Source of the DNA: Stygiobacter electus
GTDB taxonomy: Bacteria > Bacteroidota > Ignavibacteria > Ignavibacteriales > Melioribacteraceae
Reading direction: 5' to 3'
Length of the DNA: 32,000 bases
Assembly: GCF_029210465.1 (NCBI RefSeq)
Contig: NZ_JARGDL010000005.1
Coordinates: 53,366 to 85,365, forward strand
In this document: positions 1 through 8,860 of the stretch, in pieces
How the letters are laid out: each line of letters starts with the position of its first letter
How positions within the stretch are numbered: the stretch's first letter is position 1
Program-made: the position numbers and the translations under genes
The notes under the pieces: generated by a model
The model's input: the letters and a program-made list of their open reading frames with translations, nothing else
The model's database searches: none
Told to the model about the DNA's origin: nothing

Positions 1-1776
1 AAATACATCGTATTGCAAAACAGTTTTTGTAAATTCATCGGGCGATAACTGTTTTAATTCTTCGCCTGTTACTACACGTTCAATTTCTAATCCAACATCC
101 TTACAAACTTTTTTTGTTACAAGTGAGTTATCGCCAGTTAAAATTTTAACCTGCACACCGGTTTTGCGAAGTCCGGAAATTGCCTCTGCAGCAGACTCTT
201 TAGGCGGATCGAAAAATGCAATGTAACCGAGAAGAATTAATTCAGTTTCATCAGAAACATTGAATACTTCTTTGCTTGATGGAAACTCACGATAAGCAAT
301 TGCAAGTACACGGTAACCATTATTATTTAAATCTTCAACTTCTTCATAAAGATCATTGCGGATCATATCTATTAAAGGATAGATTTCATCATCAACTTGA
401 TAATGAGTACACACAGAATAAATTTCTTCTACAGCACCTTTGCTGATTAAAACGTGATCGCCCTCGTACTCAACTATAACTGACATTCTTCTCCTTTGAA
501 AATCAAAAGGCAATTCATCCACAAGTCTGCATCTGCCTTCAACATTCAGTTCAATGTGTTCAAGTATAGAACGGTCAATCAGATTTCTTAAACCAGTTTG
601 ATAAAAACTATTTAGGTATGCGTATTGAAGTACATCCTGGCTTTCTCTTCCGGTTATATCAACATGTTTTTCAAGTACTACTTTATCCTGTGTAAGTGTT
701 CCGGTTTTATCGGTGCAAAGAATATCGATTGCGCCAAAGTTCTGGATTGATGAAAGATGTTTAACAATAACTTTCTTCTTTGACATTGTTAGAGCACCTT
801 TAGCGAGGTTAACAGTAACAATCATAGGAAGCATTTCGGGCGTTAATCCAACTGCGATTGATAATCCAAATAATAACGCTTCTACCCAATTACCTTTTGT
901 TATTCCTACAATCATAAAGACAGCTAAAACCATAACCACCATAAATTTGATCATAAGCCAGGTAAAAGATTTTACACCTTTATCAAAACTTGTTTCAACT
1001 CTTTTTTCGGTAAGTTTTTCTGAGATAGATCCGAAATAAGTGTTTGTACCTGTATTAACAACTACTGCCCGCGCTGTTCCGCTTAATACATTTGTTCCCT
1101 GAAAACATGCATTTGAAAGTTCAAACACAAATCCATTTGTATTGATAATGCTTGGTTCAGCTTTTTTTTCGATGGGAAGAGATTCGCCTGTAAGCAATGA
1201 TTGACTTACGAAAAAATCTTTTGCGGAAATTAATCTTAAATCAGCAGGAATTATTGAACCGGCTTGAAGCAAAATAATATCACCGGGCACAATATCAGAC
1301 ATAGGTAATTCAATTTCCTTTCCGTTGCGTAAAAGAACAACCTGTGATTGTACACGTTTACCAAGTGCTTCCACTGCATTCGAAGATCTTCTATCCAAAA
1401 CGTATGATAAACCAACGCTAAGCAAAATCATTGCACTAACAATCGCAGTTGATTTTGCTTCACCAATTAATGCAGAAACAATTGCGATTAAGAGTAACTG
1501 AATAACTAAAGGACTTTTTAATCTGTTAAAAATATCAGCCCAAAAGCTGTATGTTTTTGCATGAGCCAGTTCATTATATCCAAATTCTTTTATTAACTCT
1601 TCTGCTTCATCATCAGTTAATCCATTTTGTCTTGTTTTAAGTTTTGATAATGCCTCGTTAATTTGAAGTCCGCAAATCTCGATAAGTCGGCGTTCATTTT
1701 CAGAAGCTTTATGTGGTGATTTTGCTTCCTTTGAAAATGCTGAAGATGAAATTTTGGAAAATATTGAGCGTGGCAT
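1..1776 (-). CDS. mgtA: Mg2+-transporting P-type ATPase (MgtA type), N-terminal 592 codons; the C-terminus runs off the window edge
   Basis: Absent from the ORF track because it has no in-window stop. My minus-strand translation from the ATG at 1776-1774 reads MPRSIFSK...LTGESLPIEK...NLAKGALTMSKKKVIVKHLSSIQNFGAIDILCTDKTGTLTQDKVVLEKH... This contains the DKTGT phosphorylation motif with MgtA-type flanking blocks. The frame stays open to position 1. Confidence 0.9.
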   Translation of the reverse strand, partial: MPRSIFSKISSSAFSKEAKSPHKASENERRLIEICGLQINEALSKLKTRQNGLTDDEAEELIKEFGYNELAHAKTYSFWADIFNRLKSPLVIQLLLIAIVSALIGEAKSTAIVSAMILLSVGLSYVLDRRSSNAVEALGKRVQSQVVLLRNGKEIELPMSDIVPGDIILLQAGSIIPADLRLISAKDFFVSQSLLTGESLPIEKKAEPSIINTNGFVFELSNACFQGTNVLSGTARAVVVNTGTNTYFGSISEKLTEKRVETSFDKGVKSFTWLMIKFMVVMVLAVFMIVGITKGNWVEALLFGLSIAVGLTPEMLPMIVTVNLAKGALTMSKKKVIVKHLSSIQNFGAIDILCTDKTGTLTQDKVVLEKHVDITGRESQDVLQYAYLNSFYQTGLRNLIDRSILEHIELNVEGRCRLVDELPFDFQRRRMSVIVEYEGDHVLISKGAVEEIYSVCTHYQVDDEIYPLIDMIRNDLYEEVEDLNNNGYRVLAIAYREFPSSKEVFNVSDETELILLGYIAFFDPPKESAAEAISGLRKTGVQVKILTGDNSLVTKKVCKDVGLEIERVVTGEELKQLSPDEFTKTVLQYDVF

Positions 1777-2211
1777 CGGCTAGCTTCTCCAAAGAATTAA
1801 TTATTTATTAATTATAAAGATGAATAACAAATTCCAATTAAGAGTAAATATTTTGACATTGGCGCCTCCGAAAAAGTTCTACCACGGAGAAAACCAATGG
1901 AATGAGATTGGCTAAATCCGAGGAAAGTTTTTTTGAATATTTGAATTATTTAAATCAGCGCCAGGTTCATCTGAATCGGGCATTTGGTTACCTCATTTTA
2001 TTTTTTTTGAACATGCAAATATAACAAAACATTTTTCTGAAATTATAAAGACTCCTGAAAAATAGATCAAATATTAGTTGCTAAGGTTTGTCAACGTGCA
2101 ACATGCAGTTAGCTTATTATTAATGTAGGATTAAACCCAGTAGCTTTCCAAAAAGAAAAAAATGCTTCTATTTGTCGGTGGTGTTCGTTTGATTTGCGTA
2201 TTAATCAACAA

Positions 2212-2679
2212 TTAATTTTTACCTATTACTGTATTTTGATAACGTTCCAATAGTTTTGGATCTTCAATTGATCCGTGATGATGAACTTGCCGCCACACTC
2301 CATTAACTCGTTTAAATATTCTACTTGTTCTTATTGCAAGTTGTATCTCTTCAGTCTTTGTTTTGAAAAATCCTCTTTCTCGACCAACTGCATAGAACAT
2401 ATTTTCAACTTCGTGAATTGTGTAATCATAATATTCAACATAAACATCAGCTGGTCCATTAAATATTTTCTCATAGACAGATTTAATTTCATTCCAACCT
2501 CGTTTAATACCTCCTAATGGATTATCCATTGCGACTTCAGTTGATTGATCCCAATTCTGCGACATTGTTACTAAGTCACGATTATTAAATGCATAGTAAA
2601 ATTGAACTAATGCTTGATATGGTTGTGATAAATCTGTGTAGTTTTCTTTTCCTGTAATTGCTTTTTGTATTGGTTGCAT
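2212..2679 (-). CDS. NTF2/SnoaL-like (ketosteroid-isomerase-fold) protein
   Basis: The tracked ORF is 2212..2781. The first 34 codons (MPIGRRVLAWLPCSVWRF...) run through a GC-rich repeat and look non-native. The internal ATG at 2679 (MQPIQKAITGKENY...) is the more plausible start. The body (LVQFYYAFNNRDL...GVWRQVHHHGS) has a typical SnoaL-like pattern. Confidence 0.6.
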   Translation of the reverse strand: MQPIQKAITGKENYTDLSQPYQALVQFYYAFNNRDLVTMSQNWDQSTEVAMDNPLGGIKRGWNEIKSVYEKIFNGPADVYVEYYDYTIHEVENMFYAVGRERGFFKTKTEEIQLAIRTSRIFKRVNGVWRQVHHHGSIEDPKLLERYQNTVIGKN

Positions 2680-2955
2680 AATCTTTCTCGTAATTGATTG
2701 ATATTGTTGTATAACAGAGTTGTTTTTAAAACGCCACACAGAACAAGGAAGCCAAGCTAAAACCCGCCTACCGATAGGCACAACTGCTAAAAATTATTTA
2801 TTGAATTATTTAAAACGAACACTAAGAACAAAATCTCTAATAAAAATAAAACGCTAAAATCACAAATTCGTCAAACCGAATAACCTGTCCCGACTTATCA
2901 GGAGCGGTCGGCGTTGAGGCGCTGGTAAGCCCATTTTTATAAATTATGTTTATGC

Positions 2956-3216
2956 TTATTTAAATTTTCCAGAAATATATTTATGGATTATACTTGCTAC
3001 TAGTGTTTGATAAGGCATTCCTTCTTCTAATGATTTAGCCTTTAAGTTTGCTAAGTCTCTTTCAGTAAGACGAATATTAATTCTTTTGTTTTTAACAGCC
3101 GTATTTTTAGCATAGCGTTGATATTCTAACTTTTTCTTTTCCAAATCCTTTACTGATTTCCATTCACCTTTTTCGTATGATTTCAATAACTCTTTCTCTT
3201 CTTTGTCTAACTTCAT
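2956..3216 (-). CDS. brnA: RHH/CopG-type antitoxin (BrnA-like)
   Basis: 86 aa. The C-terminal block KRINIRLTERDLANLKAKSLEEGMPYQTLVASIIHKYISGK is the ribbon-helix-helix antitoxin pattern normally found downstream of BrnT-type toxins. It lies 12 nt downstream of the toxin ORF on the same strand. Confidence 0.65.
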   Translation of the reverse strand: MKLDKEEKELLKSYEKGEWKSVKDLEKKKLEYQRYAKNTAVKNKRINIRLTERDLANLKAKSLEEGMPYQTLVASIIHKYISGKFK

Positions 3217-3228
3217 TTTATTCTCCTT

Positions 3229-3492
3229 CTAAATATTTTTTTGTCGCTTTTCTGCTGGGATAATAGTTTTCAAAAATACTTTATTTGAATCTTCTACAAA
3301 TGGAACTAAATAAACATACTCTTCATATTCAACCACGTATATATTCTGATTTGCATACTTTTCTTTATTAGGTTGTTCTATAATATCAAGTAGATGTCCT
3401 AATTCAATTTGACTAACTATTATTTCGAACGAAATATTTCTTTCACTTTTAAGCTTTTCATTTTTTTCTTCATTCCATTCAAAATACTTCAT
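3229..3492 (-). CDS. brnT: BrnT-like (DUF497-type) toxin
   Basis: 87 aa. It has the N-terminal FEWNEEKNEKLKSERNISFE motif and the C-terminal VFLKTIIPAEKRQK motif. It is paired with the adjacent small antitoxin. Confidence 0.6.
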   Translation of the reverse strand: MKYFEWNEEKNEKLKSERNISFEIIVSQIELGHLLDIIEQPNKEKYANQNIYVVEYEEYVYLVPFVEDSNKVFLKTIIPAEKRQKNI

Positions 3493-3984
3493 ATAGATGT
3501 TCTTTATTTTAAACTTAACAAAAATGTATGCCTATTGTCAACCTTTCTTAAATTGGCTAACTATGCAATGCATCAACACTCTATCACTTACTATAAGCTA
3601 AAAGAACATATCGCTCAAACCAAACAACGTATTCGTTCGCAAATCGAACTCATTTTCCAAGAACTTTTGTGTATTGACGGAAGAAAGGAAAGGTTAAAGA
3701 GAACAAAATATACCGGGACTCTCAAACGGTTACTGATTGCAAAAAAAGCTGAGGGTGAAGTATGCCTATTAATACAAAATCCACTTTGCTTTTTTATGCT
3801 TTTTAATAACTATTTGAAAGAACATAATGTCAAAAATATTTTATAGTACTTTTTTTTCTTGCTTTGTTGCGAGTAGGCGTTGAAGACTTACTGAATTGTT
3901 TGAAATATTTTTCTGCCCTCTTTGCAAGAAGTATTTCCTTTTGTTTCTGTTTACAACTTAAATTTATTTTTCAATTTAATCAAG

Positions 3985-4023
3985 AAAATTTTCAGACACG
4001 AATTAACACTAATTTTCACTAAT
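3985..4023. repeat. Dispersed repeat R1, built of tandem 9-10 bp CACNAAT units (aaaattttcagacacgaattaacactaattttcactaat)
   Basis: It matches the reverse complement of 12061-12098 with two single-base indels. Internally it shows cacgaatta / acactaattt / tcactaat periodicity. Confidence 0.8.
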
Positions 4024-4082
4024 GGATAAAGATAAATTTCACGATTAATCTTAAGCTTACTTTATACTTGCTAAATTATATT

Positions 4083-4142
4083 TGTGTTAATCTGTGAAAT
4101 CTGTGGTAAAAAAACTAACCACAGATAACACAGATTTGCACA
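4083..4142. repeat. Imperfect 25-bp inverted repeat (tgtgttaatctgtgaaatctgtggt / accacagataacacagatttgcaca) with a 10-nt spacer
   Basis: The arms are complementary at 21 of 25 positions by manual alignment. Each arm is itself a tandem array of CACAGAT-type 9-10-mers. Confidence 0.8.
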
Positions 4143-4164
4143 GATCGATTTTATAATTTTTCGG

Positions 4165-4205
4165 GATGTGCAAGCATGCTGGCTAGGCAGGCTTGACCCC
4201 ACATC
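4165..4205. repeat. GC-rich hairpin element (gatgtg-caagc...gcttg-accc-cacatc)
   Basis: It has two nested stems and is visibly GC-richer than its surroundings. The core ggctaggcaggcttg resembles ggcagacaggcttg at 21569-21582 inside the CotH gene. Confidence 0.6.
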
Positions 4206-4366
4206 GTTCATTATAAATTATACATTTTACATTATTAATTAACAACTTGTGTTCTAATGCTAAATCAAAATTTTCTTTTGCAACTTCAGTATTTATTTTA
4301 AATGAATTCTAAATTTTTAATTGAATGCTGTTAAGCACTATTTTTGTATTAACAGTTTATCTTACA

Positions 4367-5224
4367 ATGAAAAATATTTTACTAGCTTTAGCAATTTTAT
4401 CGGGCATATTTTTTCCTTACGGACACAATTATGTTTTTCTCATAAGATATTTCCTAATGTTGCTTTTGTTTTTTTCTTTTCTTGATATTAAGGTAAATAA
4501 AAACATTATAAACAAAATTCACTTTCACATTTTAAGTATTATAGTTTTTTCATCAATTATTTTTTTCTACGCAATAAAAAGTTTTAACTTATACATAGCA
4601 CAAGCTGTGTTTATAACTTCAATAGCACCAACAGCAATTGCGGCACCAGTTATAATAAGTTTAAGAAAACGGAATATCGAATTTGTTATGTTTTCTTTAT
4701 TGCTAAATAACATTGTAATTTCTTTGGTAATTCCATTTTTGTTTCCTTTAATTACAAATTCAAATAACAGCATAAAAATAAGTAATGTTTTATTTCCAAT
4801 TCTTGTTACAATTTCAATCCCATTATTTGCTTCACAAATTATAAAGATTATTACACCTGCAATTTGGAAAAAGTTAGTCGAGTGGAAAGATTCATCATAC
4901 TATATTTTAATAGCAAATATTTACATTGCTGTTTCAGATGCTTCAACATTTATTCGCAATGAAAATGGTGATAATATTTTAATTGTTTTAATAATTGCAA
5001 TTAGTTCCGGCTTACTTTGTCTTTTCTATTTTAGTTTAGGTTGGTTTATTGGCGGAAAAAATTATCCAGCAGAAGCAAGTCAATCACTTGGACAAAAAAA
5101 TAATGCTTTCACAATTTGGCTTGCTTTAACATATCTATCACCCATTGTAGCGCTTGGTCCTGTTTTTTATGTTTTATATCAAAACGTTTATATCTCCTGG
5201 GTTTTATACAAAAGCAATAAATAG
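4367..5224 (+). CDS. Polytopic membrane transporter, bile-acid:Na+ symporter (BASS/SBF-like) family candidate
   Basis: The tracked ORF is 4325..5224. The ATG at 4367 (MKNILLALAILSG...) is the likelier start. The protein is strongly hydrophobic with many predicted TM segments. The SLGQKNNAFTIWLAL segment resembles the conserved G-x-x-N motif region of BASS carriers. Confidence 0.5.
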   Translation: MKNILLALAILSGIFFPYGHNYVFLIRYFLMLLLFFSFLDIKVNKNIINKIHFHILSIIVFSSIIFFYAIKSFNLYIAQAVFITSIAPTAIAAPVIISLRKRNIEFVMFSLLLNNIVISLVIPFLFPLITNSNNSIKISNVLFPILVTISIPLFASQIIKIITPAIWKKLVEWKDSSYYILIANIYIAVSDASTFIRNENGDNILIVLIIAISSGLLCLFYFSLGWFIGGKNYPAEASQSLGQKNNAFTIWLALTYLSPIVALGPVFYVLYQNVYISWVLYKSNK

Positions 5225-5226
5225 GT

Positions 5227-5835
5227 TTATAAAATTCCAAAAGTTTTTAAATCATTAACTAGTTTATCATAATTAACAAATTGAGTTCCGCTCCAGCCAC
5301 ATTTTTTAGCACCTTCTACATATTCAAAAACATCATCAATAAAAAAATGTTCATTTGATGGTTTTTGAGTATAAGCTTCAACTGTTCTATAAATTTTTTC
5401 CTCTGGTTTAATTGCACCGATTTCATGCGAATAAAAAGTTTTATCAAAAAGATTTAAGAATTCAAAATGACCATATCCAAAATCTTTATGAAGAACATTT
5501 GTATTTGAAAGCAAAGCAATAAAATATTTTTCTTTTAGTATTGGAATTAAATCAATAACATTTTGATTAAGTGTAAAGACATTAGCAAATGTTTCAATAA
5601 AATCTTTTTTAGATATATTACCTTCGAGCCAGTTCAACATAATATCAACGAATTCATCTAAGGTTAGTTCTCCTTTTTCAAATTGTCGATGAATATAATA
5701 ATTCGTTGCGTAGAGTTGTTTGAATTTATCTCCAAGTCCCAATTTAATTTTATTAAATTTCTGAATCACCTGATTATAATCAAAAGGGATTAAAACATTC
5801 CCCAAATCGAAAACAACAACAGAAAATTTTTGCAT
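5227..5835 (-). CDS. HAD-superfamily hydrolase (subfamily IA-like)
   Basis: It carries VVFDLGNVLI (motif I DxG/DxD-type) and a C-terminal FIDDVFEYVEGAKKCGW (motif IV). The tracked start at 5859 is GTG, and the ATG at 5835 (MQKFSVVVFDLGNV) is more plausible. Confidence 0.75.
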   Translation of the reverse strand: MQKFSVVVFDLGNVLIPFDYNQVIQKFNKIKLGLGDKFKQLYATNYYIHRQFEKGELTLDEFVDIMLNWLEGNISKKDFIETFANVFTLNQNVIDLIPILKEKYFIALLSNTNVLHKDFGYGHFEFLNLFDKTFYSHEIGAIKPEEKIYRTVEAYTQKPSNEHFFIDDVFEYVEGAKKCGWSGTQFVNYDKLVNDLKTFGIL

Positions 5836-5974
5836 CGAATCTCCGAATTTTTTGAGCACAAATATAGTAAAGTCGATTTAGAAGAAGATTATGATGTAAC
5901 TCAAAAAAAATTTTTCTTATATTTGTCTCAGTTAAAAAAATGTATAATAAATAAGTAAGTAGAAGATAATTGAT

Positions 5975-6363
5975 GATTCTTGTCAGGCAATTGATTCGCA
6001 GAAAGCGAGTAGGAAAGTCCGAACACCACAGAGCAGGGTGCCGGGTAACGCCCGGGATTCCGACTATGTTGGAATACGGAAAGTGCCACAGAAAACATAC
6101 CGCTCCGATTTAAATCGGAGTAAGGGTGAAAAGGCGAGGTAAGAGCTCACCGCTTCGATAGTAATATCGTTGGCAGGGCAAACCCCACCTGGTGCAAGGT
6201 CAAGTAGAAAGCATCCATTTATTGGACAAAGTTGCTCGCTTTGATTTCCTTCGGGAATTTGCTTTCGGGTAGACCGCTTGATGCCGATGGTAACATCGGT
6301 ACTAGATAAATAATTGCCGCTCCGTTTTTACGGAGTACAGAATTCGGCTTATAGACAAGAATC
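5975..6363 (+). ncRNA. rnpB: RNase P RNA, bacterial type A
   Basis: Universal blocks are present: gaggaaagtccgaac, gtgccacagaaaacataccgc, gaggtaagagctcaccg and acagaattcggcttatag. The P1 stem is gattcttgtc (5975-5984) paired with gacaagaatc (6354-6363). Confidence 0.93.
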
Positions 6364-6394
6364 TTAAATTTTTCTTCTGCTTCCAAAGGGAAAT

Positions 6395-8131
6395 ATGCAA
6401 AATAAACGTTGGAAGCTTAAAGAAGCACCAGATGAAAAATTAATTCTGGCTTTAGCTGATAGTTTAAACATTTCTAATGTTTTAGCTTCTCTTCTTATCA
6501 AAAGAGGTGTTACTAATTTCTTTGAAGCTAAAAATTTTTTCCGCCCATCTCTCTCTTCTTTACATGATCCTTTTTTAATGGATGGAATGCACAATGCCAC
6601 TGATCGCGTCCTTCAAGCGTTAACTAATAATCAAAAAATTTGTGTCTATGGCGATTATGATGTTGACGGCACTTGTTCAGCCGCTTTGATGTATCTTTTC
6701 TTAAAGGATCTTGGTGCTGATGTTGAAACTTATATTCCAAATAGATTAACTGAAGGTTACGGGATTTCTATTCAAAGCATCGATCTTCTTAAAGAAAAAA
6801 ATATTGAATTAATAATTTCTGTTGATTGCGGAATTACTGCTGTTGAAGAAATTGATCATGCTAATAATTTAGGAATTGATACAATTGTTTGCGATCACCA
6901 TAAACCAAAAGATATTTTACCAAATGCTTATGCAATTTTAGATCCAATTAAACCAGGTTGTAATTATCCTTTCAAACATTTATCCGGTGCGGGCGTTGCA
7001 TTTAAACTTGCTTCGGCTGTTGCTTCAAGAATTGGAAAAGATAATTTACCATTGAAATATTTAGATCTTGTTGCATTAGCTGGTGCAGCAGATATAGTTC
7101 CTTTAACAGATGAAAATAGAATTCTTGTTAGAGAAGGATTGCAATTAATTAACACAAATCCACGACCAGGAATATCAGCGCTAATTCGTTCTGCCCGAAT
7201 GGAGCCGGGAAATTTATCTGCTGGTCAAGTTGTTTTTACAATTGCACCAAGAGTAAATGCCGTTGGCAGATTAGGCGATGCAAATCGTGCAGTTGAATTA
7301 TTTACAACAGATGATCCTCAAAAAGCAATAGAACTTGCTCAAATTCTTGAAGAAGAAAATTTTGAAAGAAGAAAAATTGATGAAATGACTTTTTCGCATG
7401 CAACAAGTTTGCTTGAAGAAACTATTGATTTAGATAATGACCTTGCTATTATTCTTCATTACGAAGATTGGCATCCAGGGGTGATTGGAATTGTTGCTTC
7501 TCGAATGGTTGAAAAATATCATCGCCCAACAATTATGTTAACTACAATTGATGGTGTTGCAAAAGGTTCTGCTCGTAGTATTCCCGGTTTTAATATTTAC
7601 GAAGCATTGCAAAATTGTGAAGAGTTTTTAGTTCAATTTGGTGGACACGAAGCCGCTGCCGGTTTAGCAATTGAAGTTGATAAGCTAAGTGACTTTAAGA
7701 AAAAATTTAATGAAGTATTGAAAACCAGCTTAAAAGAAGAACACATTTTACAAGAAATTTCTATTGATGCTAAAATTAATTTATCAGAAATTTCACCTAA
7801 GTTTATTAGAATTTTAGATCAATTTGCCCCATTCGGACCTGGAAATATGCGTCCAACTTTTTTAAGTGAAAACGTTTCATTAGTTCAAGCACCTCGTTTG
7901 GTTGGTTCAAATCATCTTGTTACTAGTTTTAAACAAAATGGTCATGAAAAAATTTTAGATGCAATTGGTTTTAATCTTGGTTATTTTGTATCTAAAATTA
8001 ATAAAGATGAAAATCTCGTTGATATTGTTTATACAATTGAAACAATTACAAAAGATGGAAAAGTATTTCCGCAAATTAGAATTAGAGACTTACGCATAAA
8101 AGACAAAAATGGAAATTATATAGAGGTTTAA
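6395..8131 (+). CDS. recJ: Single-stranded-DNA-specific exonuclease RecJ
   Basis: 578 aa with DHH-family motifs (VYGDYDVDGTCS, SVDCGI, VCDHH) and a DHHA1-type GGHEAAAG motif. Confidence 0.93.
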   Translation: MQNKRWKLKEAPDEKLILALADSLNISNVLASLLIKRGVTNFFEAKNFFRPSLSSLHDPFLMDGMHNATDRVLQALTNNQKICVYGDYDVDGTCSAALMYLFLKDLGADVETYIPNRLTEGYGISIQSIDLLKEKNIELIISVDCGITAVEEIDHANNLGIDTIVCDHHKPKDILPNAYAILDPIKPGCNYPFKHLSGAGVAFKLASAVASRIGKDNLPLKYLDLVALAGAADIVPLTDENRILVREGLQLINTNPRPGISALIRSARMEPGNLSAGQVVFTIAPRVNAVGRLGDANRAVELFTTDDPQKAIELAQILEEENFERRKIDEMTFSHATSLLEETIDLDNDLAIILHYEDWHPGVIGIVASRMVEKYHRPTIMLTTIDGVAKGSARSIPGFNIYEALQNCEEFLVQFGGHEAAAGLAIEVDKLSDFKKKFNEVLKTSLKEEHILQEISIDAKINLSEISPKFIRILDQFAPFGPGNMRPTFLSENVSLVQAPRLVGSNHLVTSFKQNGHEKILDAIGFNLGYFVSKINKDENLVDIVYTIETITKDGKVFPQIRIRDLRIKDKNGNYIEV

Positions 8132-8132
8132 T

Positions 8133-8858
8133 ATGTCAGGTCACAACAAATGGTCAACCATCAAAAGAAAAAAAGCTGTACTTGATGCTAAGAAAGGGAA
8201 AATTTTTTCCCGTATTATTAAAGAAATTATGATTGCTGTTAGACAAGCTGGAGCTGATCCCGAAGCAAATGCAAGATTAAGATTAGCAATTGATAATGCA
8301 AAATCTGCAAACATGCCCGCCGAGAATATTGAACGCGCTATTAAAAAAGCTTCTGGAGAATTAGAAGGACAGCAATTATTCGAAGTAGTGTATGAAGGCT
8401 ATGGTCCCGGTGGTGCGGCTATAATTGTTGAAGCGGCTACTGATAATAAAAACAGAACTCTTCAAGAAATTAGACATACATTTTCAAAATATGGTGGAAC
8501 GCTTGGCGAAAGTAAATCTGTTTCCTGGATGTTTGAACACAAGGGTGTAATTACTATTAAACGTGATGGCAAAAGTGAAGATGAAATGATGGAAATAATT
8601 TTAGATGTTGGTGCTGATGATTTAATTACAGATGAAGACTTCTTTCAAGTTAAAACTTCTATTGAAGATTTTGAACATGTTCGCCGAGCATTAGCTGATA
8701 AAAAATTACCAATTGAAAATGCATCGCTTCAATGGATTGCAAAAACAAATCATGAATTAAAAAAAGAAGATGTTGAAAAATTTGAAAAGCTAATGGATGC
8801 AATTGAAGATTGCGACGACGTTCAAAATGTTTACACAAATGCTGAAATAAAAGAATAG
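8133..8858 (+). CDS. yebC: YebC/PmpR-family transcriptional regulator
   Basis: 241 aa starting MSGHNKWSTIKRKKA...; the family pattern is present throughout. Confidence 0.92.
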   Translation: MSGHNKWSTIKRKKAVLDAKKGKIFSRIIKEIMIAVRQAGADPEANARLRLAIDNAKSANMPAENIERAIKKASGELEGQQLFEVVYEGYGPGGAAIIVEAATDNKNRTLQEIRHTFSKYGGTLGESKSVSWMFEHKGVITIKRDGKSEDEMMEIILDVGADDLITDEDFFQVKTSIEDFEHVRRALADKKLPIENASLQWIAKTNHELKKEDVEKFEKLMDAIEDCDDVQNVYTNAEIKE

Positions 8859-8860
8859 AA

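Noticed and set aside
713-1039. Tracked 108-aa plus-strand ORF
   Set aside because: It lies entirely antisense to the well-supported mgtA coding frame. The sequence is low-complexity with no recognisable motifs.
1850-2010. Possible M-box (ykoK) Mg2+ riboswitch in front of mgtA
   Set aside because: The conserved M-box sequence blocks I remember are not recognisable here. Only generic hairpins are visible, so it is kept as an unclassified structured leader.
2680-2781. N-terminal 34-codon extension of the SnoaL-like ORF
   Set aside because: The extension (MPIGRRVLAWLPCSVWRF...) runs through GC-rich repeat-like DNA and has no similarity to the fold. The internal ATG at 2679 gives a normal-length protein.
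3409-3846. Tracked 145-aa plus-strand ORF
   Set aside because: Its first third is antisense to brnT and it has no RBS. The part from the ATG at 3568 (MHQHSITYYKLKEHIAQTKQRIR...) could be a gene fragment, but I cannot assign it to any family, so it is not called.
4083-4145. CRISPR-like appearance of the short tandem CACAGAT / CACNAAT repeats (also at 3985-4023 and 25854-25880)
   Set aside because: The units are 9-10 bp, directly abutting and without unique spacers. No cas genes are present. This is not a CRISPR array.
6364-6600. Tracked 78-aa minus-strand ORF
   Set aside because: It is antisense to the recJ start, abuts rnpB and is lysine/arginine-rich noise.
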